Source: Podarcis erhardii
Taxonomy: Eukaryota
Assembly (NCBI GenBank): GCA_964252035.1
Contig: OZ176204.1
Direction: 5' to 3' (one strand)
DNA length: 64,000 nucleotides
A program made the position numbers and the translations under genes. This document shows, in pieces, positions 49,843 through 63,105 of the stretch. A model generated the notes under the pieces. That model saw only the letters and a program-made list of their open reading frames with translations. It had not been told where the DNA came from and made no database searches. The stretch's first letter is position 1; each line of letters begins with the position of its first letter.

Positions 49843-51178
49843 TGCTATAGGATTGCTCTGGGGGCAGACTTTGGTAATCTTTCATAATATGGCACCCTGT
49901 TTGAAGTCAAAATTTGGCGCCTCCAAAAAGGATCTTCTCAATTTTGTGCCCACTTGGCTCTGTGCCCTGTGTGGGGGAACCACTCGCAGCACCACCCTAA
50001 ATCCGGTGCTGATCGCTCCCTTATTAAGTTTTCCCATTTGAATCATTGGGCCTTACTTTTGAGTAAACATACTTGAGATCATCACCACACTGTTAGTTTT
50101 CCCAGTTCAACATTCTCCCCTTTATATAATCCGACTATTCAGGTGCCAACAAATTTAAATGTCTTTGAAAAAGAAATCTCTTCCCACTCAGCAAATATTG
50201 AAACTTTCTGTTATGGCAAGCCAGGACTGGCATTTAGCATTAGGCAGATTAAATCAGTTGCCATGGGCCACAGATTTTAGAGGCCAATGATTTTAGCAAA
50301 CTTCCACCAATTTAATTGTGTCCTATTTTTGTTTGCTGCTGGGACGATGCTATTTTGCCTGTTCTGCTTCATGTGCCAAAATATATTTGGCTGGCTCTCT
50401 TACATCCTTGCTTTCCTGCCTACACTATAGCACTAAAACTCTTTTCTTCACAAGAACATGTTATTATGAGGTCCCCATTTGCTTGCTTATTTACTTTTCT
50501 AAGTACTCTAGCCAATATTTGTTTTAACAATGGAAAGGGCATTTTATCAATGAAGAATCAAGTTACTTTTTGGGTTCATGTTTATAATGGTCCATCCGAT
50601 GCATTTTTTAAAAGGATTCTGGTATCCTCTGGTTGAACCTTATAGATGTTTACCTATTTATTTTCCCCTCTTAATCACCGGTATTTGTTAACATTTTGGA
50701 TATTACTCTTATCACTTTATAGCCTTGCTTTTAAGAACTGCGTGTACAAATTTCAGTGCAAGCAAGCCGTGAGTCTAAAACTGTTGTTACACCTAAAAAG
50801 CAGAAAGTTGCTCATGTGCATTAGGTTTAAAAAAGTTTGTTTTGCTAGCAGTTCTAGGAACTTTTTACATCCATATGCACAGTACAGCATTTTAAAAGGG
50901 TGGTAGTATTTCATTTCTTTGGATAAAAATTTAAGAACAAATGTAAACTCACAGTAATTCCTAGGGAGTGGAATGAATGGGATAGAAAAAAAGCCCTTCC
51001 TTTTTACACATCCGCACCCCCTAAGTTTTTGTCAGACAGAAATGGAGTCAAATACTATTGAGACTTGGCAGTTGACCCCACAACATCAACCATCCAATTC
51101 AAGCTGGTGTGTTCCCAGTATGCTTTAGGAACTCCACTTGGCCCAGTTTAGAAAGACTTCTGTAGAGATGGCTCCCAA

Positions 51179-51457
51179 CAGGGCCGGATTTAGGTTTGAT
51201 GAGGCCCTAAACTAGGTAATGGGGCCCTTTATATGTCCAGCTGTCCTTTGTCAACAACAAATTGTCACTTTTTTGTGCTTAATACATGCTATATGGTAAT
51301 TTATGGGCCTAATAGGTTTCTATAGTGATTTTATTTGTTTTTTTATCATATTTTGGAAATGTACATCCAGTTTTTTCCCCTTTAATTTTTTTGGGGGCCC
51401 CAAGAGAGTGGGGCCCTAAGCTATAGCTTGTTTAGCTTATACGTAAATCCGGCACTG
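51179..51457. mobile_element. hAT-type MITE
   Basis: TIRs CAGGGCCGGATTTA / TAAATCCGGCACTG; imperfect CTCCCA.. TSD. Confidence 0.75.
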
Positions 51458-51529
51458 CTCCCACAGATCCTCAACTGCAGCAGCAGTAACACCAAATTTA
51501 ATCATGCTCCCAATTTCAACAGGCCCCAC

Positions 51530-51531
<2 letters not shown>

Positions 51532-51570
<39 letters not shown>
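51532..51570. repeat. (GA)n microsatellite
   Basis: Directly visible. Confidence 0.95.
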
Positions 51571-51572
<2 letters not shown>

Positions 51573-52267
51573 CAGAGTGACAAAGCCCACTGTCAACTTT
51601 TCATTGGCCTAGTAGAGAGCTTGCCAAACTTTTTGGGCCAATGGGCACATTTGGAATTTTGAGGCAGTGTCATGAGCACCAGTCACAAAATGGCTGCAGT
51701 GAGGACATGATGTAAAACAAAATGGCTGCCATTAGGAGGCGGCAGAACACGAAACGGCTCCTGCATCTAATAGCGCAGAAAAAGAGACAGGCCTGCTATA
51801 TCAAATTGCATTCTTCATACTTTTAATGAATGAGTCCTAGCAGCTGAGGATCACATAGTGTGTCCAAAGGTGCAAATGCCCTTAAAGTTTAAATTAATAC
51901 AACTCCATTCTGGTTTTATCATTTGCATTTGGAGAAAGCACTGAATAGCTGGTGAACATCCAGCCCCCCCAGCCCCCGCTTTTTACACGAGCATCTTCTG
52001 TGAATAATTGGAGATCTGATGTTGAGAAGCCCATGGAAAAGACTGGCTGACCACAATTATTCATGCTTCAACAACCTCCAGGCTGGATTACTATGAGATG
52101 GTCTATGTGTGGCTGCCTTTGAAGAGCATCCAGTTTAGCTTCAACTGCTCCAAATACCAACTGCCAGATTGTGGTCTGGGTCTGGCTGCCTGGAGTATGT
52201 GGCTACGGTGATAGCCCTGTTTGGTTTCATTGGCTACCTACGCAATTCTGGGCTCAGTTTAAGGGAT

Positions 52268-52418
52268 TATAGAATCATAGAATTGTAGAGTTGGCAGGGA
52301 CCATGAGGGTCTTCTGGTCGAACTCCCTGCAATACAAGAATCTTTTCTCCCAACGTAGGATTTGAACCCACCACCCTCAGATTAAGAGTCTCATGTTCTA
52401 CCAACTGAGCTGGTTCCA
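52268..52418 (-). mobile_element. SINE with tRNA-Lys(CTT)-derived head and CR1 3' tail
   Basis: Minus strand agctcagttggtagaacatgagactcttaatctgagggtggtgggttcaaatcctacgttggg, then a CR1-type ...tccctgccaactctacaattctatgattctat tail. Confidence 0.8.
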
Positions 52419-53264
52419 ATAAGGATGCAAGAGCATCACTCTGGTTACCCCCCAAAAAAACAATGTAGGCAGATGATTCAGTGTGAATCACTCAAGAGTG
52501 TCACTTTTCTGCTGCTGGGTGTGCAGCCCCAGTCCAATCTGTCATACTTAAATTACCTTTACTTCTGCCAGCCATAGGATAAATAGTGCCCTAGATGAGG
52601 AGGCAGCCCCTGCCCCAGTGGCCAGCTTTGCAGGGCCACCCAGAGGGGCTATGTGCAGGTGTGATGTTGTGGGCCCTGCTGCTGCCTCCTACATGGACGC
52701 ATGCATGTACGTACAAAGCTGGGTGCTACATGCAAGAATTATTGCATGCTTGAACTACAAATCCTTGCCTGCTCCTCCTCCTCCTCCTTCTTGCTCTGGG
52801 ATCAAGCAGTAAAACTGTCTTCTGCTTTTACCTAGCGCAAAAGACATCCAAGTTCAAATGGAAACAGAAACATACTTTTAAAGCTGAAGGAAGGAAGATC
52901 GTTTTTGTAATTAGCACTGTAGCACCTTGCAAAAGAAAAAAAGGTTATAGGTGCTTGCTTTTTGCCAGCCTAGCTCAATGCAGACACTTCATTAAAAAAA
53001 ACCCACAGCCACTTAGCTCAGCTTGGCAACCCCTTGAGCTGAGTTCAGACTCTTCCGTTTTGCCAGCCTAGCTGAATTCAGACAGTACATTGAAACAAAA
53101 CAAAACAAAACAAAAATGCCTGGAAGCATTGGGAAAAGGCAGAGTCGTGGTAATAGTGTAAGCTGCCACATGTAGGCTTGGCCAAATAGTGTCCATAATT
53201 TTAAAGCCATTAACAGTTTGTGGCTGAGGTCCCATAAGGGCCTTCTCCCATATATTCTCATATA

Positions 53265-53498
53265 CAGTGATACCTTGGGTTAAGAACTTAATTCATTCTG
53301 GAGGTCCGTTCTTAACCTAACTGTTCTTAACCTGAGGTACCACTTTAGCTAATGGGGCCTGCCGCCACGCCACCGCCGCACAATTTCTGTTCTCATCCTG
53401 AAGCAAAGTTCTTAACCCGAGGTACTATTTCTGGGTTAGCAGAGTCTGTAACCTGAAGCGTCTGTAATCTGAAGCATCTGTAACCTGAGGTACCATTT
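53265..53498 (+). mobile_element. Tc1/mariner MITE, AACCTGAAGC family, copy 4
   Basis: TA|CAGTGATACCTTGGGTT ... AACCTGAGGTACCATTT|TA. Confidence 0.85.
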
Positions 53499-53506
53499 TA
53501 TATAAG

Positions 53507-53542
<36 letters not shown>

Positions 53543-53904
53543 CTTTTTTTGCTGCTGGTATACACACACACACAGAGAGAGCAAAAAAGGAAACAAAGCT
53601 CAAGCTAGATGACATCTAAGCAATGCCATTCCAGCCCCATGCAGCTCTTTAATTTATGAAGGTAACAGCTCACCTAACGTATTGGCAGTGCCTCCCAGAA
53701 AATAACACACCCAGAACCTCTATTGGTTGATCCTAATGAGTAAGTTTCAAAGGAAGGTGGAGGAACTCAGAAAACCATGTGGGTGGTCTACCACCCAATC
53801 ATGCTCCTAGGGCATTAGCAGAGTGGTATAGGATGGGCTGCAGAACTCTCTGGCCTGGGGTTGAGTTACACTTGGTGTTAGTTCCTTTCTGGAGAAGGTC
53901 CACA

Positions 53905-54100
53905 GCTCGGTGGTGGGGCTGTAGCTCAGTAGTAGAGCTTTACATACAGATGGCCCCTGCTTCGATCCGTAGAATTTCCAGGTTGGGCTGGGAATGTCCC
54001 GGGTCTGAAACCTTGGTGAACTTTTAGCCAGTGTGTAGACAGTACTGAGCAAGATGCTCCAGTGGTCCAACTCTGTATAAGGCAGATTCTGTTATTCCTC
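53905..54100 (+). mobile_element. Old tRNA-derived SINE
   Basis: ggggctgtagctcagtagtagagc head, gttcgatcc B-box-like motif, tail ctgtataaggcagattc. Confidence 0.65.
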
Positions 54101-55429
54101 TGTTCCCTATCCTCGACTCTTAAGATACATTATGTGTAGTGCAAAGCCAGCGCTGACACTTAAGAGTATTAAATGACAGGAAAATGAAAAAGTAATTCTT
54201 AGCAGAGCTGTTGCAAAAAAAATGTGCTTTTAAAACATAGCTATAATGTAATGGGTCTGGCTGGTGTGTGTATGTGTGCTTTTAGAAAATGCATGTGCTG
54301 TTAAATAAGCCCATGCTGATTTTACTGCTCTGCCAGCAAATCCTGGCACATTTTTGTTATTGAGGAATGCTGCTTTGGTTGGGATTCATTACTGAAGAGA
54401 AGCAAGGGAGTATGCTATGTGAAATTAAACTCTGTTTTGGCAAGGTGGGTTGGCTCAAGGTAAGCCCCTCACTGCAAGAAAGAGAAAGGCAGAGGTTATA
54501 TATGCCTAATGTATATAAATGACACACATAGTAAACTGCGTGAATAGGTGGAAACAAAATTCTAAAGCAAATAAATGGGCATGCCAGTGTTTTTATGCAG
54601 GAAATCCTCAATACATTAATTCTTTATACAACTCATCACTAATTTTCTACATGTAATTTGGATCACCTGTGCTATTGGTAAACTCAGAAGGAACATAAGT
54701 TAAGAAGTATGTTTCCCAAACAGAAAATATCCTGCTATTTAAAAGTAATAATAATAATAATAAGCCCACCCTTGAAGTGGGCTTGAAGCATATTTCAAAT
54801 AAATCACTTGTCTGCTGCCCCTTGAGGAAAACAACAAGCTCTACGTTTGTTTTCTGCATCCATGATGACCATGAAGGCTCAGGGATCGTTGTTTGTTTTA
54901 AGCTTGGCGAATGATTTAGAAACCATTGAAGAGAGGTGAGTTGAATTTACTAGAAAGCAGATTTAGGTAAAACTTCGTAAGAAAATCGGATCAGGCTGCT
55001 GGGTTGAAACCTAATGTTCATACCGATGAACAATCAGGCTTTTGTTTAAGTGTGCAACCTAACATTAATATTAGGCCATGGGGTAACTTTACTGGAGGAG
55101 TTTGTCAGCAAAACCTGGTAATTGATAGGTTAGCTGGCTGGAGAGAATCATAGAATAATAGAATCTTAGATGTATGTCCTCTAGTCCAACCCACCTCCTG
55201 CAATGCCACAAAAATAAGACAAAACTCTAAACCTATAAGAAGCTAGCAAGCCACTCAGTGGTTCATATTTTTAGAGCATCTAGCTAATCAAAAATATTTC
55301 GTTAATGACGAAAAGACCCTGGTCAAGCCTGACGATTCATGATGTATGATTTGACTCATGCTGTTGAGATTGTACAGCAAGTTTAAAAGTGTAGATGGAT
55401 CTAGTGCAATGAAATAGGGATTGTAGTTC

Positions 55430-55612
55430 CCCATTCTTAAAAGATTGGAGAAAAGAGCCAAAACTAACAAAATGAATTTCAGTAGGGACAAATGTAAGAT
55501 TCTGTACTCAGGAATAACCAGCTGCACAAATATAAGATATGGGGGGGGGGGCACGTGGCTTGCAAGTAGTATGTGTGAGAAGGATCTAGGGGTCTTAGTA
55601 GACCACAAGCAG
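55430..55612 (+). mobile_element. CR1 RT fragment
   Basis: MNFSRDKCKILY...CEKDLGVLVDHK, typical of CR1 ORF2. Confidence 0.8.
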
Positions 55613-55619
55613 CTTTCAG

Positions 55620-56110
55620 CAAAATATAAAAACATAATAAAACATCAAACAGGGCTGTCTTCAGGTGTCTTCTAAATACAGGGCTGTCTTCAGGTGTCTT
55701 CTAAATACAGGGCTGTCTTCAGGTGTCTTCTAAAAGTTGTGTAGTTCTTTATCTCCTTGACATCTGATGGGAGGGTGTTACACAGGGAGGGTGCCACTGC
55801 CGAGAAGGCCCTTTGCCTGGTTCCCTGTAACTTTGCTTCTTGCAGTGAGGGAACCACCAGAAGACCGTCAGAGGTGGAACTCAATGTCTGAGCTGAATGA
55901 TGGGGATGGAGACATCCCTTCAGGTATAGTGGGCTGAGGTCGTTTAGGGCTTTAAAGTTCACCACCCAACACTTTGATTTGTTCTCAGAAATGTTCTGAG
56001 AACCAGTGAAGATCCTTTAGGACCGTTGTTATATGGTCCTGGCAGCCACTCCCAGTCATCAGTCTAGCTGCCACGTTCTGGATTAGTTGTAGTTGTAGTT
56101 GTAGTTGAGT
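55620..56110 (-). mobile_element. L2-clade LINE 3' fragment with an internal 29-bp triplication
   Basis: Remnant LKGCLHPHHSAQTLSSTSDGLLVVPSLQEAKLQGTRQRAFSAVAPSLCNTLPSDVKEI..FRRHLKT. Confidence 0.8.
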
Positions 56111-57789
56111 CACCTTAAAAGTTTGCAGTCTTAGCATGCAATCCTGTGTATACTCACCTGGAAGTAATCCTCACTGAACACAATTGAACCCAACTATGTT
56201 ACAGTAAACTCACTGGAATGAACAATTCAGTGTTGTACTTTTCTGAGAATTCCATCAGAAGGAACAATTCCCTCCTCCCCCTGCATGCTGTTATTGGGAT
56301 TCCAAACCAGATTTGGGGAGGCATAGGAGAGAAGAGAGGTAAAGCCCCATTGGGAACCTTTGAGACGACTTCTACTTGCATGCCAAGTAAATTGAATCTG
56401 TCACTTTGCAATTAATGTACCTAACTTGGTCATGTCCATTAATTTTAATGGGTCCGCTCTGTGTCTGACATAGCTGGATGCAGCCAATGAGTAAACATGC
56501 ACTGGATTGTGCAATTAGATTCATATAATTGCATGCTGTAGTAGCTGAAATGGAGAGAAAGTGTCAGCCCATGGATTGTTGAATAAAATACTCATCAGTT
56601 GTTGCACGTAGCCCATAAGAACACCATTAAAATTAGACATCCATAGAAGGAAATGACTGAATTAGTAAATAATTTGGAACACCTTGTTAACGTTTCAATA
56701 TCAATAAGCAGTTTGTTACAGGAAATGGCAATTATTCTAAAGGAAATGTAGCAGAAGTGGGAAAAAATTAAAGACTGAAAGGGTATGGTATGGATTTTGC
56801 AAAACATGCATTCAAAGAATAATGTGTAACAATTGGCTGTAAAAAGCAATAAAAAGATGCAGTTTTATTAGGTTCATATGCCAATTTTTTCTCTTGAAGC
56901 CAAATATTATGTCATATTTTAAATTGATAAACTGTGTATATAGCACAAACAAATGTATTAACTGTGTCCAAACTGCAGAAAATAGAAAGATGTCCACAGC
57001 AATTACATTTCACAAACCATTTGCATATGAAGCTCCAGCTAGAATGAAATAAGTCATTTGGGACAACAACTTTCTGCTACGTTTTGCCATTTCATTGTGT
57101 CACTTATTTAAAAAATCAGCTCCAAGAGCAGAAGTCCAATACAGTTCAGTTTTTCCATCTATATATCTATATCTATGTCTACATGTGATTTTATTACTGG
57201 TAAAATTCAAGGACGTAATATACATTTATGTGGGAGCGTTCATTACCAAGTACCCTAATGCAGTGCTGGCAGGTTACAAGCTTCTTTCCACTGCATTCCA
57301 CATTTGATCAAGAACCATGTTCCCCGAAGGATGCTGTTGATATTGTTCCTCTTATGGGCTTTTTGTGCAGTCACTGAGAAACTGGCTGGATGTTTCCCAG
57401 ATTTGGACTGGCCAGTCCTTCTGTCGCATTGTACTGATGTGTTGTCAGCTTCATCTCAGACCCAGCTTGTCCCCCCCTTGCTTATTTGGCCCCTCTTCCT
57501 CATTCTTGAACTACAAACTTCTGACATTATCGTCTTCATTGATATTAATTACCCTCCCTTCACCCTGAGATCCCAGGGCAGGCAGGAACCATTTAAAATG
57601 CAAGATTAGAAGCAGCTTTAAACAAATTACAATCACAGTATTATTATCAGACCATGTATTAAGGAGATGATGTATTTTATGGAACTCCCTATAAAATTGT
57701 ACCAAAATCCAGTGATATAAAAATGGATGGCTTTCAAAGACAAATTTATAGCTACTAGCAACAATGTTCTACCTTCAATATACCTCTGA

Positions 57790-57925
57790 AGGCCAGTGCC
57801 TGGGAATCACACGTGGGGAGAGTCCTACTTTTAGGCTTCCCATAGGCATCCGATTGGCCACAATTAGAAGTGGATACTGGAGTAGATTTGCCATTGGCCT
57901 GATCCAACTGGGCTATTCTTATGAC
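57790..57925 (+). mobile_element. CR1-type 3' end fragment
   Basis: ggcttcccataggcatc...ctgatccaactgggctattcttatg. Confidence 0.55.
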
Positions 57926-59214
57926 TAAAAAAGTTTTCTGGAATTAACACAGACTTTTCCTATTAAACTTCACATGTCTATTGCTGGCGGCCACTGCATT
58001 GATATCATCTTTTCTGCAGCCTACAGGCAGAGACCAATCTTAGAGTACCTATATTCTTGACTTGAATCTCTTGTATTATTACACGGTACTTTGTATTAAG
58101 AAATACATCAGAAGAGTTCTGTCAGAGGACGATTTGTTTGCTTGTTATATGTGAAGAATGCCAGGGAAGCAAAAAAATGAAAATGACTCCACTACGAAGA
58201 TTAGGTTCAAAGTGTAAAACCACCACAACAAACTCAAGAGCTCTGGCTGACATAAACCATATGCTTCTGGATCCATACAACAGTGAAGTGTGACCTTGGC
58301 TATCTTCAGAAATTCATCCTTTTATGCTTGAGAATCAGAAGGCATATGGTGCATTTTAGATGGACATTCTTCTTTTCCCTTGTGCATTCTTATTATCCAA
58401 AGACTTGCTTCATACATTTGCTGTATTCCGTCAATATGTGGTGCTGTCTTTTTTTCTTTTTTCTTTTGCACTAGTATTCCCTTGCTCGGCATGCAATCCT
58501 TTGAAAGCCTATACTGTGGCATGTATGTATATCCTTTTCAATATATGATAAACCCATCAGAGATTTTCAGTCACAAAAAAAGCAGAAATATAGGCTGTTG
58601 AACCTTTAAAATATGCACTTCTAAGGTTTCCCTCTTCCCCGATCGTAGGAAAAGATTGCATGTTAGGTAAGTTAAAAACAGTTTACTTACAAATTCTTCA
58701 AAGGTCAGATTCATGTGCACAGGCACATGAAAGTTGTGCAGGCAGTAAAAGTGGTGAACTATACTGAATTATCAGTATAGGAACTCATGAGTGGATTGTG
58801 AGAGCCATGCAGTTCATCTGGAGCAACTAGTTCAAACCTCTTGACACACTGAGCTTTTCAGGTAGACTGGAAGAGAGCGTGGGCTTGATTGCCTAGTTTC
58901 TCCCAAGGTGAGGGGAAGTGGACACAAATAAGTCTGGCGTGACTCTGTGATATTAACTTCTAGACAACCTGTTTATTGAGCTTTCATCCTGATTGGAGTT
59001 TGTGGGGAGATTGTATGGCTTTGGTGGTTTATTGAGAATTCATTCTGGTTTGCTTGCAGGGAAATGTTATCCAGCACCACACTTTTCCAGTGCATTTTGC
59101 CGTTACTTTCCTTACCGCAACATCCAATGAAACTGAACGTTGGAAGAGTCAGGACAGAGAAAAGTAATTACTTCTTCACACAGCACATAATTGAACTCTA
59201 GGGATTATTCCCAA

Positions 59215-59475
59215 TAGGAGGCAGTGATGGCTACCAACTTGGATGGCTTTAGAAGAAAATTAGACAAATTCGCGGAGGGTTATGGCTGTACTCTGTTTCC
59301 ACTGTCTGAGGCAGCAGTGCTTCTACGTAAATACCAGTTGCTGGAAGCTGCAGGAGGGAAGAGTGCTCTTGTGCTCGGATCCTGATTCGAGGTATCCTGG
59401 AGGCATCTGGGTGGCCATTGTGAAAACAGGATGCTGAGCCATTGGCTAGTTTAGCAGGCTCTTCTTATGTTCTTT
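59215..59475 (+). mobile_element. CR1-type 3' end fragment
   Basis: gtgatggctaccaacttggatggctttagaagaaaattagacaaattc...ctcttcttatgttctt. Confidence 0.65.
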
Positions 59476-61477
59476 TCCAACTATAACACTCCCCGCCGCA
59501 CAATGCTAATAATAATTACTATAGCGCTCTGAAGCTTTGACTAAAATGGATATAATTTGAAGTGCCTTTTAAAATACATATGCATTTCTGCATGCCACAA
59601 GGGAATAACTATCAGTTGGTTTATGCATAAGTGGAAGAAAGCCTTGCGGATGTGGGGCAAAAATACATTTGGAGGGGAAAAATAACAAAGAGGATAAGCT
59701 GTTAGTGTAACCTTTCAGCCTGTGAATCCACATGAGCTCACTAAAAACACCAAGGATGCAGAAACATTGAGAACACATTAAGTCACCAGCTTGAGAACGT
59801 ATGGTGAAAAGTTAAGTCTTTTCTGCAATTTTATGAGAGAGAATAAGTGGCTGCATTCATATTGCACAAGTCAATCCTTTGCTATGTACTTTTCATAAAC
59901 TTAACACTATTCAATTTTAAGTAGCAGGGAAACTTTCTGAAATGGCATTCTAGGCAGTACAGATTTTTGCTTTCTATGTGGCTGTTTACATCCTGCCTTC
60001 ACCATTGAGCTACCTTATGTCATATACTGAAGTAAACAAAGCATTAAGTGGAACTGAGAAGAAAAGGCCACAGGTCTTCTACAGTAGCAAGATGAAAAGC
60101 TCACAGCTTTTCTTGGTAAGTAGAAAACCTGCCCTCTCTTCCAAGCACCAGAGTAAATTATCTCATGACCTCTAAGAAGCTAATGAGTCGTCGTCGTCGT
60201 CGTTCCCCCCCCCCCCCCGGCCTTTCCCCCTCACCGGGTTATTGTATGAAATATTAGAGCTGGAAGCTGAGAATGTGAAACCTTTTAACTCTGGTAATTA
60301 TCATGGCTCTCACAGTGTGTAAGGCCAGCTGCTTACATCCACTTTGACATTGCTTAAAAGTACTGTAATAGTATGCATTTAATTTTTTTTTAATTGTATA
60401 GGTTGTTTCTAAAGCTATTTAGGCTGCTAATCCTCACAAAATTCTGTTTCAATAAATTATATTTTGTATGGAGAGTTGCTTTCTTTCGTATGCCTTAACC
60501 ATACTGCTTGTCAGGTTTAGTGGTTGACCCCCAAACTTTAGGAAGGCAGGAACAGCTGGTCTGTTTGTGCTCGGATGAGCAATTATTCTACCTATGCTAA
60601 ATGGCTAGCTAATATTTGTTCTTTTTATGTTCTTAATGGGTAACCCAGCTGGATAAGGATCATATCTGAGATACTGTAAAAGCAAAAATAAATAAATAAC
60701 CCTTTGATTGAGAGAGGATTTTTGTCCAGGTATAACTGTGCCTCAGTATGCACCATAATATTTACAATATGACCAAGTGAAAGCATATGGATGAGGAAAC
60801 ATGTGTGCAAATTTCTCACAGTCAAGAAAAAGTTGGTCTGGTGCTGTCATTACCTGGGGACCCAGAGGAAACACCTCTGGAAGAGCCGACATGAAACAAC
60901 AGGAATGTCATTCATGAAATGGAGCTTTTTCCAGCCCCTTGTCTTCATAGACAATCCTGCTTCAGGAAGCCTTTGTTGTCAACCTGTAAATGTGCTCAAG
61001 AGGCTAACATAAACTGCAGATGTCTCTGTTGAAGTCATTCCACATGGCATAAATGGGTATACTGTGAATGGTAATCTTGAGTAAACACAGACGAGTATTT
61101 TGATAGGGTTCATCTCAGCGGCAACAGTAGCATCACAATTAAATTCACAGAAACTTTTGTATTTCCCATTTCAAAGTGAAAACAGAACAACGCTACTCAG
61201 GTTAGCATCTTATCTGTTGCTTCAGTGTCTATCTTACTCGGGAATTTATTTAGGTTCCTGGGCAGCAAACCTGCCCCTGGAGCCTGGGTTGCAGATGGGG
61301 GCTCCCATCCGGGATGGAGAACCAGTCACCCTCCAGGGGTTATTGGCCAGGGAAGGTGACAGTTGTGCCTCAGCGGCCTCTGGAGGTCCACAGGTCCCCC
61401 AGCCAGCTCTGCATAGAACACTAGAGGTTTAGGGAGAAGATTTTTCCCTTATATGCTTTCTCTGTTCATGTGTTGTG

Positions 61478-61625
61478 AACATGAACGCCCTATACTGAGT
61501 GACACCCTTGGTTGGTCTAGCTGAGTATTGACAGCAGCTGTCCAGGATTTTGGACTGGGGTTGTGCCCATGCCAGTGATTGAACCTGGCACCTTTTGCAT
61601 GCAGGGCTCTGAGCTATGGCCTGTC
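61478..61625 (-). mobile_element. Old tRNA-derived SINE
   Basis: Reverse complement begins ggccatagctcagagccctgcatgcaaaagg; related to the 53905 copy. Confidence 0.5.
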
Positions 61626-63105
61626 CCCAACTGTAACATCGTACATGGCTTTTGCATGGCGGAGAAATGGGATTTCACTGCTGGCTTCACCTCAGCATCA
61701 TGTTTCTGTGCTGGCCCAGGCTGCTCACTCATAGGAGTTCTTCAGAATTCCATACTCAATACACACAGCCTTAGAAGGGAGGCACAAAATGTTGGGCGGC
61801 CAGGCCAGCAGCAAAACCCTGTATTCTTCAAAGCATGAGTACCCTACCCTCAGGCATTGTTTAGGACTGCTCCCCTCCCCATGAGCTTTTTGGTTTTTCC
61901 ATCTGTGACTCAAGTGCTACAATAGAGATATGAGTTTATTTTCTGATTTGGAACAAGACTACAGGAACAGGGGTGGGGAACATTTTTCAACCCAAGAGCC
62001 ACTGTCTTTCATGAGGAGTCTTTGCCAATGGCACAGTGGCCAAACTGGTCAGGACGCACCATTCGACCTTTTATTATTTATATTCCATATAATCAGTGAT
62101 ATCAGATTCCTGAAAAATTTTGAATCAGAAAATGAGAGTAATTTGCATAAGAAAATGTTCTGATGGTTTTCCTAGAGAGTGATCCAATTTAGCTCATTTA
62201 TTTATTTTGGTGAACAAAGCTAAAGGCTTTGAAACTGCCAAGCTTTCCTAATATTTATTTGCAATTGGCATCCATTCATTGTTCACCACACACACAAAAG
62301 CACTGCCACAGATAAAACACATAAATAAAGAGCTTTATTCTGCCCACATAACTGTATATAATAATTATTTCTTGGTTTATGTTCACATACTTAACCTGCA
62401 AGATATTGTCTTGATTATGCACTGAATTGGTTTGTTTTTTTAAAAAAAGTTAATCATTTAGTAAACAGTTTGACATTAATGCATTTATATGTTATACAAT
62501 TGTTATTTGATAGTTACTATTCTGCCCTGAAAAGTATGGTGGCTTTCCCCCTTTTTCATTAAAACAAGTACCAAATTTATCCTAGCATTTGTTTATCATT
62601 GGGCATGCCCAAACAAAGCAAGGGTGGAAAAAAGAAATCCCACAGCCTTAAATTTGTGTATGAGGCATATAATAAATAATGCAGGCAAACCATGAACATA
62701 AAAAGAGAAAAAATAGGGGGGGTGAGTTGTTATGCCTGTTGGGTGCCACCAATTTATGGTGGTTTCTGTTAGCATCCTCTTGTCACAAGGAGAGTTGTGC
62801 TTCAGTAGTCGGTAGACATAAGAACGATGGATGTGGAGCAGGTGGCACTTCAAAGAGCAGCTCCTGTGCTACAACGTGGCTGTAGCTCAAAACTATTCTC
62901 CCTTTGGTTAGATCTGACTTACAAGCAGGTGGGAGAAACCCCATTTGACTCAGAATGGGTTTTCTCGCTATGTTTTATTCTCGAGAACACAATGTTAAAG
63001 GTTGCCTTGCTGATTGTATGTCATAAACAGGGGTGGGGGGAGGAATCTGATTTTGTTTGTGTTTTAGTGCAAAACTGCCTAATCTGCACTTGGTACCACT
63101 AACAT

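Noticed and set aside
52345-52418. Functional tRNA-Lys(CTT) gene
   Set aside because: The acceptor and anticodon stems are mismatched and it is fused to a CR1 tail, so it is a SINE head.
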